Shown here piece by piece: positions 10,206-20,188 of a stretch of 64,000 bases of DNA. Origin of the DNA: an uncultured Acidobacteriota bacterium (GTDB taxonomy: Bacteria > Acidobacteriota > UBA6911). Position numbers and translations under genes: made by a program. Positions within the stretch are counted from its first letter, which is position 1; each line of letters starts with the position of its first letter. The stretch spans positions 384,001 to 448,000 of the forward strand of contig CAWEJX010000008.1 of NCBI GenBank assembly GCA_963809485.1, in the 5' to 3' direction. A model generated the notes under the pieces. It was not told the DNA's origin. It was given only the letters and a program-made list of their open reading frames with translations, and ran no database searches.

Positions 10206-11417
10206 CTAATCTGCCTTTTTCAGGACTTGTATGGCTTTGACGTCTCCCGTGGGACAACAAACTTCACAGGCGCCGCAGCCATTGCATTTCAGAGGATCTA
10301 CAACGGGATAGGACTCATAGGCCTCTTTATCCCAGGTAACTTTAATGGCATCGAAAGGGCAGGCGTTCACACAAGCATTACAGTCAGAAATACCAAATAG
10401 ACACAGCGCCCTGTCCAAATGAGCCGAGCCGATGACGTATTTGTTTTTCTGTTCCAGATTTAGGGGCTGCAAAGCCGTGCTGGGGCATACCTTCGTGCAG
10501 GCATTGCATTCTTCATTGCAGTAATCCGTTTCATATCGGACCATGGGCGACAGGAATCCCAAAATTCCGGATTGTCCCGTATCGGGATGAATAATTTTGG
10601 ATGGACAGGCCCGCATGCAGTTGCCGCATCGCATGCATAGCCCTGTAAAAACGCGCTCTTGGGTCGCGCCCGGCGGCCTCAATGGTGCATTTTTAGATCT
10701 TGCCTGCCCAATTTTTTGCGCCCACAAACTGAATCCCAAGCCGGCCGCGACAGCAATAAACTTTCTCCTTGTTCCGGGCAACGCAATTCCAGGCGCAATT
10801 GCCTTTTGAGCATCCGTTCTGCTCGGCTTCCTGATATTTCTGAAGAAAGATCCGACACTTTGCAGGAGATCCTGGGTTGCTCCCAACGGGCATATGCGGG
10901 CGCACCATAGGTCTCCCGAAGTCAAGGCGGTTAACAACACGATAACGATGCCAGACAAGGACAATATGGCCGAAAGGACATTTTTTGAGGCGAAAACCGA
11001 AAATGCGTTGTTTAATAATGCCAGCGGATCCATCCACAAGAAAAGCGGATAACCGATGATTGCCCCCGCGATGGTTATTAACACGATGTAATTGCCTAAG
11101 GGAGGACAGCCTCTCCACCACATCTTAATCGGCAATTTCATGCCTGAAACCCCATCAAGGAGCAGGCCGACCGGGCATACATAGCGGCAGAACCATCTTT
11201 TTCGCACCAGCGCTATTGCAGAAAAAACCAGACCCAGGATTGACTGCACCGGGAATGCTCGCCCTGCCAGGATTGTGCATATTGCGATAAACGAGCTTGC
11301 CTGAACAAATACTCTGGCGATGCCAGTCCAGAAAGGGAGCGGAAGCAGCAAAAGAATCGCAAGCAAAAGGCAACCCAATCTTACATACAGGCGCAGCGTA
11401 CGCCTCTCATTTAGCAT
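10206..11417 (-). CDS. Membrane 4Fe-4S polyferredoxin (NapH-like fused to MauM/NapG-like)
   Basis: FCRYVCPVG and WCARICPLG motifs, PLRPPGA, several CxxCxxCxxxCP. Confidence 0.85.
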   Translation of the reverse strand: MLNERRTLRLYVRLGCLLLAILLLLPLPFWTGIARVFVQASSFIAICTILAGRAFPVQSILGLVFSAIALVRKRWFCRYVCPVGLLLDGVSGMKLPIKMWWRGCPPLGNYIVLITIAGAIIGYPLFLWMDPLALLNNAFSVFASKNVLSAILSLSGIVIVLLTALTSGDLWCARICPLGATQDLLQSVGSFFRNIRKPSRTDAQKAIAPGIALPGTRRKFIAVAAGLGFSLWAQKIGQARSKNAPLRPPGATQERVFTGLCMRCGNCMRACPSKIIHPDTGQSGILGFLSPMVRYETDYCNEECNACTKVCPSTALQPLNLEQKNKYVIGSAHLDRALCLFGISDCNACVNACPFDAIKVTWDKEAYESYPVVDPLKCNGCGACEVCCPTGDVKAIQVLKKAD

Positions 11418-11816
11418 CCCGGAAAATCTCCATGTTTGGGAGGTTGATTTTGAATTCAGGCTTTGTCTTTCGAAGCCCGCATTCGTTTTTATAACCGACG
11501 CGGCGACATGGCATGTAAATGGATAGAGTCATAGATCCCAATATTGTCGGATTTTTGCTTAAGAAGAGAACTCCTTTAAATGACCGTCACTCGTTTGTTG
11601 CGGATATATTCCTTTATTGCAAAGAATTGCCTTTTTACAACTCGGCCACTCAGCAGAGCCTTCATTGGGGCGGGGAGGATAGGCGGATGCAAGGCTTGCG
11701 GCCGAGGGCGCTCCGGTGTACCTGGCTGTACGCCGGAGCATCCTCGGTCGCAATACGCAGCAGATGTGCCCGCTGGCGCCGCCGCGGCCAGGGCCCCATG
11801 AATGATCCGGGCCAAT

Positions 11817-13319
11817 TTAGCCGGGCAGAATTGCACCCTGCTTTTTAAGGCTTGCCTGTAACGCCCGGACATTGATTTTTCTCAGATCCACGCCGCTGCT
11901 TATCGCTTGCGCCGCCGCAATCCCCGCTGCCTCTCCAAGGGCGATACAATGCGGTATAAGGTTGAAAAAGTTATTGACAGCGGCATTTGAGGAAAATGCG
12001 CGACAGGCAACAAGCATATTGTTCACCTTTCGAGGTATCAGGCACCGATACGGCATGTAGGTATTAGGATATTTTATCGAATCCTGACCGCGATCGACAT
12101 CCGGGAATATGGCAACGGTGTCATCAAAGGGAACGCTCGTATTCATATCCTTATCCGTAAGCAGGTATTCTCCGACAATTCTTCTGGCACCTCGAGTGCC
12201 GAGCTGCGGGTTGGTCAGCACGATGTAGCTTTTTTCGAAACCGGGAATATTCTTCTTGTAATAGTCGTGGCTTATCAACATCTCTTGCCGGCCTAAAAAC
12301 TCCACCCGCGTTAGTTCCTCAACATCCACCTGGCTGGAATTCGCGTAGCGGGGAAAAACCCAAACCAGATCGTCCTGGTCTTTTAAGTTGCTGGTGATAA
12401 ACCCGGCGTGCCCTCCGCGTTTTCTGATCTCACGCATTTTTTCGGCGAATGCCTTGCCTTGGGCCTTTCTGTAATCCTGATATTTTTTCAGATCGACGCC
12501 TGCTATCCAGTAGGAAAAGGACAGGTTCGAAATCCTCATAGAGGGGTCGATATCACTCTTAAATTCGGCCCCTGAATAGGGCAACAAGTCCCCATCGCCG
12601 GTGGCATCAATGACTACTTTGGCCAGCACCGCCTGCCTGCCTGACTTGCTCTCGAAGATGACGCCTTTTGCCGTATTGCCCTCCATGATAGGCTCCGTGC
12701 CCCATGAATGAAGATACGTCTTAACGCCGGCTTCTTTCATCATTTCCTGCAGGATGCATTTTGATATCTCGGCATCAATGTGCACGGAGTAAATAACCGT
12801 TTTCTCGCGAACGTTAAAAAAAGAACGGCTCTCGTAATAGGCAACCAGCTTGGGGTCCTTTGAGCCCCAATGCTCCTTCTTCGGGTGATCCGCCGCATCC
12901 CTGCGTTTCAGCCGATCTATCCACTCCTGGTTGATGCCGGCTATCTGTTGCTTGCCGCTAAAGTCGCTCAAGTTGGGGATAATGGTCACCAGCCCGCCGG
13001 TGGCCATACCCCCCAGGTGTTCATACCTTTCAATAAGAACCGTATCCGCGCCGCTCCGTGCCGCCGTCAGGGCTGCGCCGATACCGCCTGGTCCGCCGCC
13101 CACAACCACAACATCGGCTGTCCGGCAGACGCGCGTCCGCCGAGCAGCTTCGCTGATTGTCTTGCCCGATGTTTGGGGGGGCGACTTTTTTGACTGGGCG
13201 GACAGCGGCAGCGCCAAACCGCCGGTGCCGACAGCAAAGGCCGCGGCCCCTTTCATAGCCGTATTCTGGAAAAACTTCCTGCGAGTTATTACGGTTTCCA
13301 CTTCTTCTGACAATTTCAT
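11817..13319 (-). CDS. FAD-dependent oxidoreductase (FAD_oxidored family) with Tat signal
   Basis: TRRKFF; VVVVGGGPGG; LGGMATGG; IDATGDGD; PYRCLIP. Confidence 0.88.
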   Translation of the reverse strand: MKLSEEVETVITRRKFFQNTAMKGAAAFAVGTGGLALPLSAQSKKSPPQTSGKTISEAARRTRVCRTADVVVVGGGPGGIGAALTAARSGADTVLIERYEHLGGMATGGLVTIIPNLSDFSGKQQIAGINQEWIDRLKRRDAADHPKKEHWGSKDPKLVAYYESRSFFNVREKTVIYSVHIDAEISKCILQEMMKEAGVKTYLHSWGTEPIMEGNTAKGVIFESKSGRQAVLAKVVIDATGDGDLLPYSGAEFKSDIDPSMRISNLSFSYWIAGVDLKKYQDYRKAQGKAFAEKMREIRKRGGHAGFITSNLKDQDDLVWVFPRYANSSQVDVEELTRVEFLGRQEMLISHDYYKKNIPGFEKSYIVLTNPQLGTRGARRIVGEYLLTDKDMNTSVPFDDTVAIFPDVDRGQDSIKYPNTYMPYRCLIPRKVNNMLVACRAFSSNAAVNNFFNLIPHCIALGEAAGIAAAQAISSGVDLRKINVRALQASLKKQGAILPG

Positions 13320-13830
13320 TGCGGATTCTCCTTCCCCTTGATCATTAGTGCTAAGTGCCATAACAGGATATTGCTAAATATGCCAGTGCTTGGTGTAAAT
13401 GTCTTCCGTAACTATGGTTTTATGAGCCTTTCAATCCTGGGATGCAAGCTGGAAGGCGCGAACCGTTCAGAAAACCGACATAATCGACGGAACCGTGAAC
13501 TGAAGATTGAGAAAAACTTATGCGATCTGGAGGTCTTCACGGCATCCCCTTTGTGCGGAACGCGCCAGGCGATGGAATCAATGCGGCCTCCCGCCGCCAG
13601 ATGCCGGCATCCGCATCTGTCGGCATAAAATCCATGCGTTACAGCGCCATGCTGCTCTCGATCTATTTCAAAATCGTCTATCCGCAAATTGCAGGAGGCT
13701 CAAAGCCGCCAAAAATCCAAGGCGATTCAAACCTCGCTTCCGGAATTGTCAACCCTATGCTTCATCCCGCAGATCTGGAGGATCACTCAATGGAATATCA
13801 GCAGAATGGGAACGCATAGCTCCAGACGTC

Positions 13831-13885
13831 AAACTATCCGACTTATTAATCCATTGTCAAGAATTTTGTCACAGATATGTGACAA
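13831..13885 (-). promoter_or_regulatory. Sigma70-like promoter with adjacent palindromic operator
   Basis: TTGACA (13860-13855), 18 bp, TAGTTT; palindrome TTGTCACA-GATA-TGTGACAA at 13866-13885. Confidence 0.5.
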
Positions 13886-14100
13886 CCAGGTACCGGAGTC
13901 TTGACTTCAGATTCAGGCATGCGGTTGGTTCAAAGCGCTTCCCAAGTCGCAGCAAGTGCATTTTCCCTGCCGACTGCAGACTTCAGCCAAAACGCCAAAC
14001 ACTCGAAATCGGCGATCGCTTGATACGATCCTTTGATGAACCGCGGATTTTCGAAGATCCTCGCGGATAGATCCGTGCAGACTGCGGGGGCGCCTTAGCT

Positions 14101-15837
14101 CTATCTTTGTGAAACTATCGGGAGCTGTAGATAGGAGTCATATTGGGAGCCCGTGTGAATTATATGCGTACCCTTGTTCGTGGCCAGCGCGGTGCCCTTC
14201 AATTTGTTCCCTGCCACCGTCAGTAGCAGTTGCTCACCCGCCCGCCATAACAAACCCGTGGGCAGAATCGCGATATCGACCGGAACAATCTGGCCGGAAG
14301 CAAGGAATTGGTTTCTCCGGAATTTATGAACAGGCTGGAAGTCCGTAGACAGCACGGGATCGAGTTCACGAAGCGAGACCCGCAGCCTGCCGTCGGGCCA
14401 CGGAACCCGGTCTTTGCTGCCGGCTTTCTGCACCGTGACAAAAAGATCCATATCGTTGGCGCCGCCAGCTTCAACCCAAAGGCGCAACTTCGGGTAACCC
14501 ACAATCCTGGTCTCTTCCGCAAACGTGACTGTAAAAACAGCTTGACCGGTTTCAGCGTCGTACTTTGCATAAGACGCATTAGGGACCGGCTTGAGATCGA
14601 GTTTGCCGCTGCGCGCATCAAGGTGGAACTTCCGGTATTCCGTGCCGGCCGGGGGCCAACGGGTCTCAGGGCGGTTGACTTCATCGGCTCCGCCCGGGTT
14701 CATCACCGTCAACCTCACTGTGGGAGTCTTCTCCCAGCCGTTTTGAATGCCTTTCAGATATCGGTCGAAAAAGAGCAGCAGGTCCTTTTGATTTACAGGG
14801 TCGTACTGATCATTCCATTCCCCCTTGTTTTCTATGCGAAGCCACTTCTCTTTTGAAGCGACATCCAGAAAGCCCTGGAGATCCCGGCCGTAGGCGCCAA
14901 CAGAGTAGACAGGTATCCGAATCTTTTTCACGTCGGCAATCTTGTCTTCCCAATAGGGGTGCATCAGGGGGTATTTGACAATCATTTTGTAAGGCGCCTC
15001 CGCGCGGTTTCCCGCCCCCGTCATGCCGCTGGTAATGTATTCGTCGAAACGGGCATCCGGAATGCCTCCCCGGCAGAGGTCCCATCGATACACGTCGTAA
15101 AAATGGGCCCCCCAGGGAGAGATCGCCGCGAGGTGCGGCGGCTGCAGGGCGGCGATATACCATTGTGCAATTCCCAGCCACGAGGTGCCGTTCAGCGCGA
15201 TCTTGCCGCTGCACCAATGCTGGCGTGCCGCCCACTCCACGACCTCGTACCCATCCGCCGCATCCACGCTTCCCCAGTGGTAAATGTCGCCTTGCGATTT
15301 GAAAGCGCCGCGCGTGTCGACGTTAAGGACCGCATAGCCATGGTTGCACCAGAACGCGGGGTCAGGACCTTCAAACCTGGTCAGGCTCGAGACCCAACTG
15401 GCCGGTACGGTCTTATTGAAGTGCGCCACCGGGTCGGCAGGCAATGATTTGCCATAAGGCGCCCAGGCAATCAGGGCCGGCAACCTGGCGGCGGTCTTGG
15501 CCGGACGAAAGATGTCGGCGTAGATCGTTACGCCATCGCGGAGTTTAATGGCGACATCACGATCCCAGATGATGTCGCAAGGGAGGGCCATCGTACCGGG
15601 AAGCAAGACGGTTCCCTTCGCGAGGATTTTGGTCCCCGGACTGAATCCCAGATAGGTCTGATATGAAAACTGGTTGGCCGGTTCGGTTAACGCTCGTGTG
15701 GGCTGAAAAATGACGCCCCATTCCGCCGGATATGCCGATGGGAATGCCTTCTCTTTTTGTTGCGGATATCCGTTTGCCAGCAAAAGGAGACAAAACGCAG
15801 GGATAAGCGTGGCTTGCAGAAAGGCTCTGTCGAGCAT
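14101..15837 (-). CDS. Secreted CocE/NonD-family alpha/beta hydrolase
   Basis: RDGVTIYADIFRP, PYGK, GTSWLG nucleophile elbow, C-terminal PepX-like domain; signal peptide. Confidence 0.88.
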   Translation of the reverse strand: MLDRAFLQATLIPAFCLLLLANGYPQQKEKAFPSAYPAEWGVIFQPTRALTEPANQFSYQTYLGFSPGTKILAKGTVLLPGTMALPCDIIWDRDVAIKLRDGVTIYADIFRPAKTAARLPALIAWAPYGKSLPADPVAHFNKTVPASWVSSLTRFEGPDPAFWCNHGYAVLNVDTRGAFKSQGDIYHWGSVDAADGYEVVEWAARQHWCSGKIALNGTSWLGIAQWYIAALQPPHLAAISPWGAHFYDVYRWDLCRGGIPDARFDEYITSGMTGAGNRAEAPYKMIVKYPLMHPYWEDKIADVKKIRIPVYSVGAYGRDLQGFLDVASKEKWLRIENKGEWNDQYDPVNQKDLLLFFDRYLKGIQNGWEKTPTVRLTVMNPGGADEVNRPETRWPPAGTEYRKFHLDARSGKLDLKPVPNASYAKYDAETGQAVFTVTFAEETRIVGYPKLRLWVEAGGANDMDLFVTVQKAGSKDRVPWPDGRLRVSLRELDPVLSTDFQPVHKFRRNQFLASGQIVPVDIAILPTGLLWRAGEQLLLTVAGNKLKGTALATNKGTHIIHTGSQYDSYLQLPIVSQR

Positions 15838-15973
15838 AATTCCCCCTCCAGGCATTGCTAGTCGCGAGCGGAATCTTGATCGAGCGGGTCTTGAGAGACT
15901 GTCTCAAAACTGCCGGCGAGGATCTCGCCACAGTCGTTTTGAGGCCGATTCTGGAGGCCCGTCCATAAATTAT

Positions 15974-16011
15974 AACGCTGACGTACGCCGATAAACGCTG
16001 ACGTACGCTGA
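15974..16011. repeat. Short REP-like tandem repeat (AACGCTGACGTACGC x2)
   Basis: Direct repeats visible; related motif on the opposite strand at ~46932-46972. Confidence 0.6.
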
Positions 16012-16036
16012 AAAATTATAAATATGTTCTTTCCAG

Positions 16037-17827
16037 CTATTCGGACTTCAAATTTGCCAGCCTCTCGCCAAGCATATAGCCCTCGGTCATTGCCATGCCG
16101 AGGCTTATGCCTGCAATGGGACTCTGATACACCACGATATATCGATTCCCGGCATTATTGCCCGCAGCATAGAGGCCTTGGATGGGCTTGAACTCCTTGT
16201 TGAGCACGCGTCCATCCGCATCGGTGTCGAGGCCGGTGGTCGCACAGAGGCCGGGGCTTATGGCCGAGAGCATTCCGGAACCATCATTCTTACTCACGCT
16301 GCCATAGAACGGTGGATCTTTAAGCGCAGTCACCTTCATAATGCGCGGATCTTTGCCGTAGTCTTCATCAACACCTTTTTCGCACAGTTGATTGTATCGT
16401 TCGATCTCGGCCAGCGCTTTTTTCCTGGCTTCGCCTTTGTAGCAACCCATATATTCGAGAAGCTCCTCGATCGTATTGGCGCAGTACATATTGGCTATCG
16501 ACTTTTCCAACTCCGCATCCGGATTTTGCATTATTGATGCCAAATCTCTTGCCGCAGTCTGCTTTCCAGGGGCGGGGGGACCGGGCTTTAAAGCGGCCAT
16601 CAGCTTGAGTCTTGCCGGATATTTAAGAGTATGGGCAGTATCCACAGCCCCGTGGCGGGGCGGCATCATCTCGATGATTTTTTGATAATTTGCATCGTGT
16701 ATAGTGACGGTAAAGCCCCCCTTCGGCACAGGAATGGTAGTGCCGGCGGCTTCGTCGCAGAAGCGTTCACCGTTGCTGTCGAGCTGCAAATACCACTCCC
16801 CTGCACCCGGATCGCCGGCACCCATGGTGGAACGGGGCCCAATTTCAATGTGCCCCCCTGCCCAGATGCCCAGTTTGATGCTGGATCCGTCGCGGGGGAT
16901 CATCGCCATCATATCCGTCTGCACCAGGTTTACATCGCCTTGCGCCTCAGCGCTGTGGCGAAGCAGATCCAGGATATCGATGACCATCTGTTTGTTGCCG
17001 GCGAAATCGCCGGCGCAGAGAGCAACGGCCTTTGAGGCGTGGAAGCGAAAATACCTGCCGTCGGATGTTTTGGCAATCACGCCAGTCACCGCGCCGGAAC
17101 GATCGACCTCGCATATTTCGGCATGGTGATCGAAAAACCACCTGGCGCCCTCCGCTACGGATTTCCTTTGATGGGTCTTCATCACGTCCGTCCATCTCCA
17201 TACCGGCGTGGGGTCGGTCATTTTTCGGAAGATGGTGGTTCCGTAATAGAATTTCCAGCCGGATACTTCCATGAGAACATTTGGCTTGGGAGGCAAGCTC
17301 ATCAGGTGCGAGTTTTCGGCCATCCATTCCGGGTTCATATCCTTGATGACCCAGTCGAAGATCCTGCCGCTGTTTTTCACGAAATAACTTGCCCTCTTGG
17401 GGCTGTGGCGGATTACGTTGCGGCAGGCCCATTCTCTGAGGAAATCCTGCTCATCGATCTCCGGGGCACCGTGATCACGCGCCCATTGTGAATTGACAGT
17501 TCCGACCTCACCTCCGATATGCCTGTATTTCGCCTCCGACTGAGCTTCGATGACAGCCACGGAAGCGCCGTTCATGGCAGCGACGCGGGCGCAAAGCACA
17601 CCGGCGGTGCCGGCGCCCACAACAACGATATCGAATTTGCCTGCATCGGCAATCAGCTTCTCGTCAATGGGATCCGGCCTGTCCATCCATGATTTAGGCT
17701 TCGTGGTTTGTGTCTGCGAATTGGACTGTCCGGGTGCCAGGACGGCGAAGGCGCCGGTTGCGCCGGCTCCTTTAAGGAAACTGCGCCGATCGAGGTTTGC
17801 TTTAGAGTTCTTATTATTCTCAGGCAT
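16037..17827 (-). CDS. Tat-exported FAD-binding protein (flavocytochrome c/fumarate reductase flavoprotein superfamily)
   Basis: DRRSFLK; VVVGAGTAG; GVDEDYGK; PIQGLYAAGN; GISLGMAMTEG. Confidence 0.85.
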   Translation of the reverse strand: MPENNKNSKANLDRRSFLKGAGATGAFAVLAPGQSNSQTQTTKPKSWMDRPDPIDEKLIADAGKFDIVVVGAGTAGVLCARVAAMNGASVAVIEAQSEAKYRHIGGEVGTVNSQWARDHGAPEIDEQDFLREWACRNVIRHSPKRASYFVKNSGRIFDWVIKDMNPEWMAENSHLMSLPPKPNVLMEVSGWKFYYGTTIFRKMTDPTPVWRWTDVMKTHQRKSVAEGARWFFDHHAEICEVDRSGAVTGVIAKTSDGRYFRFHASKAVALCAGDFAGNKQMVIDILDLLRHSAEAQGDVNLVQTDMMAMIPRDGSSIKLGIWAGGHIEIGPRSTMGAGDPGAGEWYLQLDSNGERFCDEAAGTTIPVPKGGFTVTIHDANYQKIIEMMPPRHGAVDTAHTLKYPARLKLMAALKPGPPAPGKQTAARDLASIMQNPDAELEKSIANMYCANTIEELLEYMGCYKGEARKKALAEIERYNQLCEKGVDEDYGKDPRIMKVTALKDPPFYGSVSKNDGSGMLSAISPGLCATTGLDTDADGRVLNKEFKPIQGLYAAGNNAGNRYIVVYQSPIAGISLGMAMTEGYMLGERLANLKSE

Positions 17828-17881
17828 ACCTTGGTCTCCTTAGATTACTGGCCCCCCTTGACAGAGCACTTCGTTCGCTGG

Positions 17882-18811
17882 CTAATCGGTGTGTACTTGA
17901 TGTTTCGGAACCTTTATCTGCGGTTTCAGGTATTTGCCATAGGCGTTGTACTGCCTGATCTTTTGCTGGGTCTCCGGCATGGCGGTCTGAGGTTCTTCTT
18001 CAGTACGATGCCTCATAATCCATTCCAGATGGTGGCGTTGTTTGGAGGCGGAGAACCGGGGATTTTGAATATCCTCTGCGTTCCAGGCAACTTGATAGGT
18101 ATTCCCGTTGCAGGACACCTGGCCGTGTATCTGGCAGGTGGGGCAGGCGATGTCCGGAAGACCTTTCTCAAGATAAAAGATATTGCAATGGCAAACGGGG
18201 CAGGAAATGGGCGATTCTTCGCCCGCATATCGAACCTTCTCAAAAGGCAGTTTCATGGACATTGTCAGGTTATGCCCGAGTTTCCGGCTTCTATCAATCG
18301 CCCACTGGTTATCCGGTGTCAGAGCAGCACCCAAGTCCGCGCAGTGGTTTATCTGGACCTGGTCCACGATGGTTGAGAAATGCTGAAGGAACAAATGAAC
18401 GGTGGGCAAGCCAAGACTGGTCCAACCGTCATAGCCGGAACCGCCCACCGATATGGCAGCCGACAGTTTTTTGCGATCATGTACATAGGGATTCTTCATG
18501 AAGACGTGGTTCAGTTTATCGCTGACACATATCAGAGCAGCCGAGGTTCTGATATGGTATACCGGAGCAGCCACAATTAGGGCCGTATTCCCCAACATGG
18601 TGTTTTCAAGAATCCAATCGGTGTCATCATGGGGACATTTTGCATTTTTAAAACAGGCGCCGCAGCTCTTGCAGGGCACAATTTTGAGCTCAATGGCCCG
18701 GATTATGTCCGATTCTATGCCATCCTCTTCAGCAGCCATTAACGCTGCCTTTAAAAATGCCTCACAATTTCCATTTTTTCTTCCAAAAGACAGCCCGATT
18801 ATCCTTTCCAT
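17882..18811 (-). CDS. Flavodoxin-fold FMN protein with C-terminal Zn-ribbon (flavone reductase FLR-like)
   Basis: NGN..LKAALM, CKSCGAC..C, APVY, SVGGS..W, CPVCH..CPTC; about 309 aa. Confidence 0.75.
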   Translation of the reverse strand: MERIIGLSFGRKNGNCEAFLKAALMAAEEDGIESDIIRAIELKIVPCKSCGACFKNAKCPHDDTDWILENTMLGNTALIVAAPVYHIRTSAALICVSDKLNHVFMKNPYVHDRKKLSAAISVGGSGYDGWTSLGLPTVHLFLQHFSTIVDQVQINHCADLGAALTPDNQWAIDRSRKLGHNLTMSMKLPFEKVRYAGEESPISCPVCHCNIFYLEKGLPDIACPTCQIHGQVSCNGNTYQVAWNAEDIQNPRFSASKQRHHLEWIMRHRTEEEPQTAMPETQQKIRQYNAYGKYLKPQIKVPKHQVHTD

Positions 18812-18867
18812 TTGGCTCCCCCCTGAATGATTGGGTCTGCAGCCGGAAGCGGATGGATTGAACAAGC

Positions 18868-19518
18868 CTATACCGGCATCTCGGAAACATCCGCTGGAAC
18901 AATAAGGCTCGCCTCCGTTGCTGCAATTACATTTTCTATGCTTACACCAGGCGCCGTCTCCCTGAGGGCCAAGCCCTCCTCGGTTGGCTCAATCACCGCC
19001 ATTTCCGTCACAATCAGGTTGACTCGCCGTACCGAGGTTAAGGGAAGAGTGCAATGCTTCAGTATTTTCGGTTTGCCTCTCGCAGTATGGGACATGGCGA
19101 CAATAACCCGCTTGGCTCCGGTCACCAGATCCATGGCGCCGCCCATTCCCGGCAGCATCTTGCCCGGCACCATCCAGTTCGCCAGCCGACCCTGTGCATC
19201 TACTTCCAGGCCGCCGAGAATGGTCAAATCCAGATGGCCGCCGCGGATCAAGCCGAATGAAAGGCAACTATCAATACTGGCGGCGCCTGGAATGGCACCG
19301 ACGAAGCCACCCCCGGCATCGGTGAGCGACGGCTCTTCCATTCCAACCCCCGGAACCGGCGTCATGCCGATGATGCCGTTTTCGGATTGGAAGTAGACTT
19401 CTATCCCGGGAGGCAAATACCTGGGAACCATTGTAGGCAGTCCGATACCAAGATTCACCAGACTCCCATTCCTCAATTCGCGCGCAACCCGCTTCGCAAT
19501 CAGAGCCTTATCGTCCAT
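18868..19518 (-). CDS. atoA: 3-oxoacid CoA-transferase subunit B
   Basis: VNLGIGLP, QSENG catalytic Glu, GMGGAMDL. Confidence 0.9.
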   Translation of the reverse strand: MDDKALIAKRVARELRNGSLVNLGIGLPTMVPRYLPPGIEVYFQSENGIIGMTPVPGVGMEEPSLTDAGGGFVGAIPGAASIDSCLSFGLIRGGHLDLTILGGLEVDAQGRLANWMVPGKMLPGMGGAMDLVTGAKRVIVAMSHTARGKPKILKHCTLPLTSVRRVNLIVTEMAVIEPTEEGLALRETAPGVSIENVIAATEASLIVPADVSEMPV

Positions 19519-19522
19519 TTTT

Positions 19523-20179
19523 TTAGCCCCTCCCGATGATGTGATGAACGCAGACAAACGGGGTCGCTACCGCATCCGGGGGGATGACCCCGGTCGGGAC
19601 GATGTGTTCCGGCTCGGCGATAACCGTCCTGCCGGCTGTAGCCATAACGACATTGAAATTGCGTGCGGTCAAAGAATATTCGAGGTTGCCTCGATAATCT
19701 GAACGATGAGCAGCAATCAGCGCAAAATCGGCTGTCAACGGCTTTTCCAGCAGGTATTGTTTCCCGTCCACCTCAATCACCTGCTTCCCCTCCGCAACCA
19801 CGGTCCCGATGCCGGTCGGGGTGAGAATGCCGCCAAGCCCGAAACCTCCCGCGCGAATCCGCTCTGCCAGCGTGCCCTGCGGGCAAAGCTCTGCTTCCGT
19901 TTCGCCGGCGATCACTTGCCGCTGGGCTTCGGGATTCAAACCGATGTGAGAGGCGACAAGTTTGCGAATCATCCGGGCCGCCACCAATAGGCCGATCCCG
20001 AAATTCGGCGTGCCGGTATCATTGGCGATGACCGTGAGATCTTTCCGACCCTGGCGAACCATTTCGGCAATCATGCGATGCGGCGACCCAACCCCCATGA
20101 ACCCGCCGATCATGATCGAGGCCCCATCCGGGATCATTTCTACAGCTTCGCTACAGCTAATGAATTTGTCCATCCGCAT
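19523..20179 (-). CDS. atoD: 3-oxoacid CoA-transferase subunit A
   Basis: IMIGGF, ND, PQGTLAERIRAGG, ARNFN. Confidence 0.9.
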   Translation of the reverse strand: MRMDKFISCSEAVEMIPDGASIMIGGFMGVGSPHRMIAEMVRQGRKDLTVIANDTGTPNFGIGLLVAARMIRKLVASHIGLNPEAQRQVIAGETEAELCPQGTLAERIRAGGFGLGGILTPTGIGTVVAEGKQVIEVDGKQYLLEKPLTADFALIAAHRSDYRGNLEYSLTARNFNVVMATAGRTVIAEPEHIVPTGVIPPDAVATPFVCVHHIIGRG

Positions 20180-20188
20180 CGCGCCTCT

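Noticed and set aside
11407-11532. 41-aa ORF overlapping the polyferredoxin start
   Set aside because: No recognisable motif or clear RBS; may be a gene remnant
16037-17827. Flavanone-cleaving reductase Fcr
   Set aside because: Fcr is old-yellow-enzyme-like, whereas this protein has a fumarate-reductase-type flavoprotein fold
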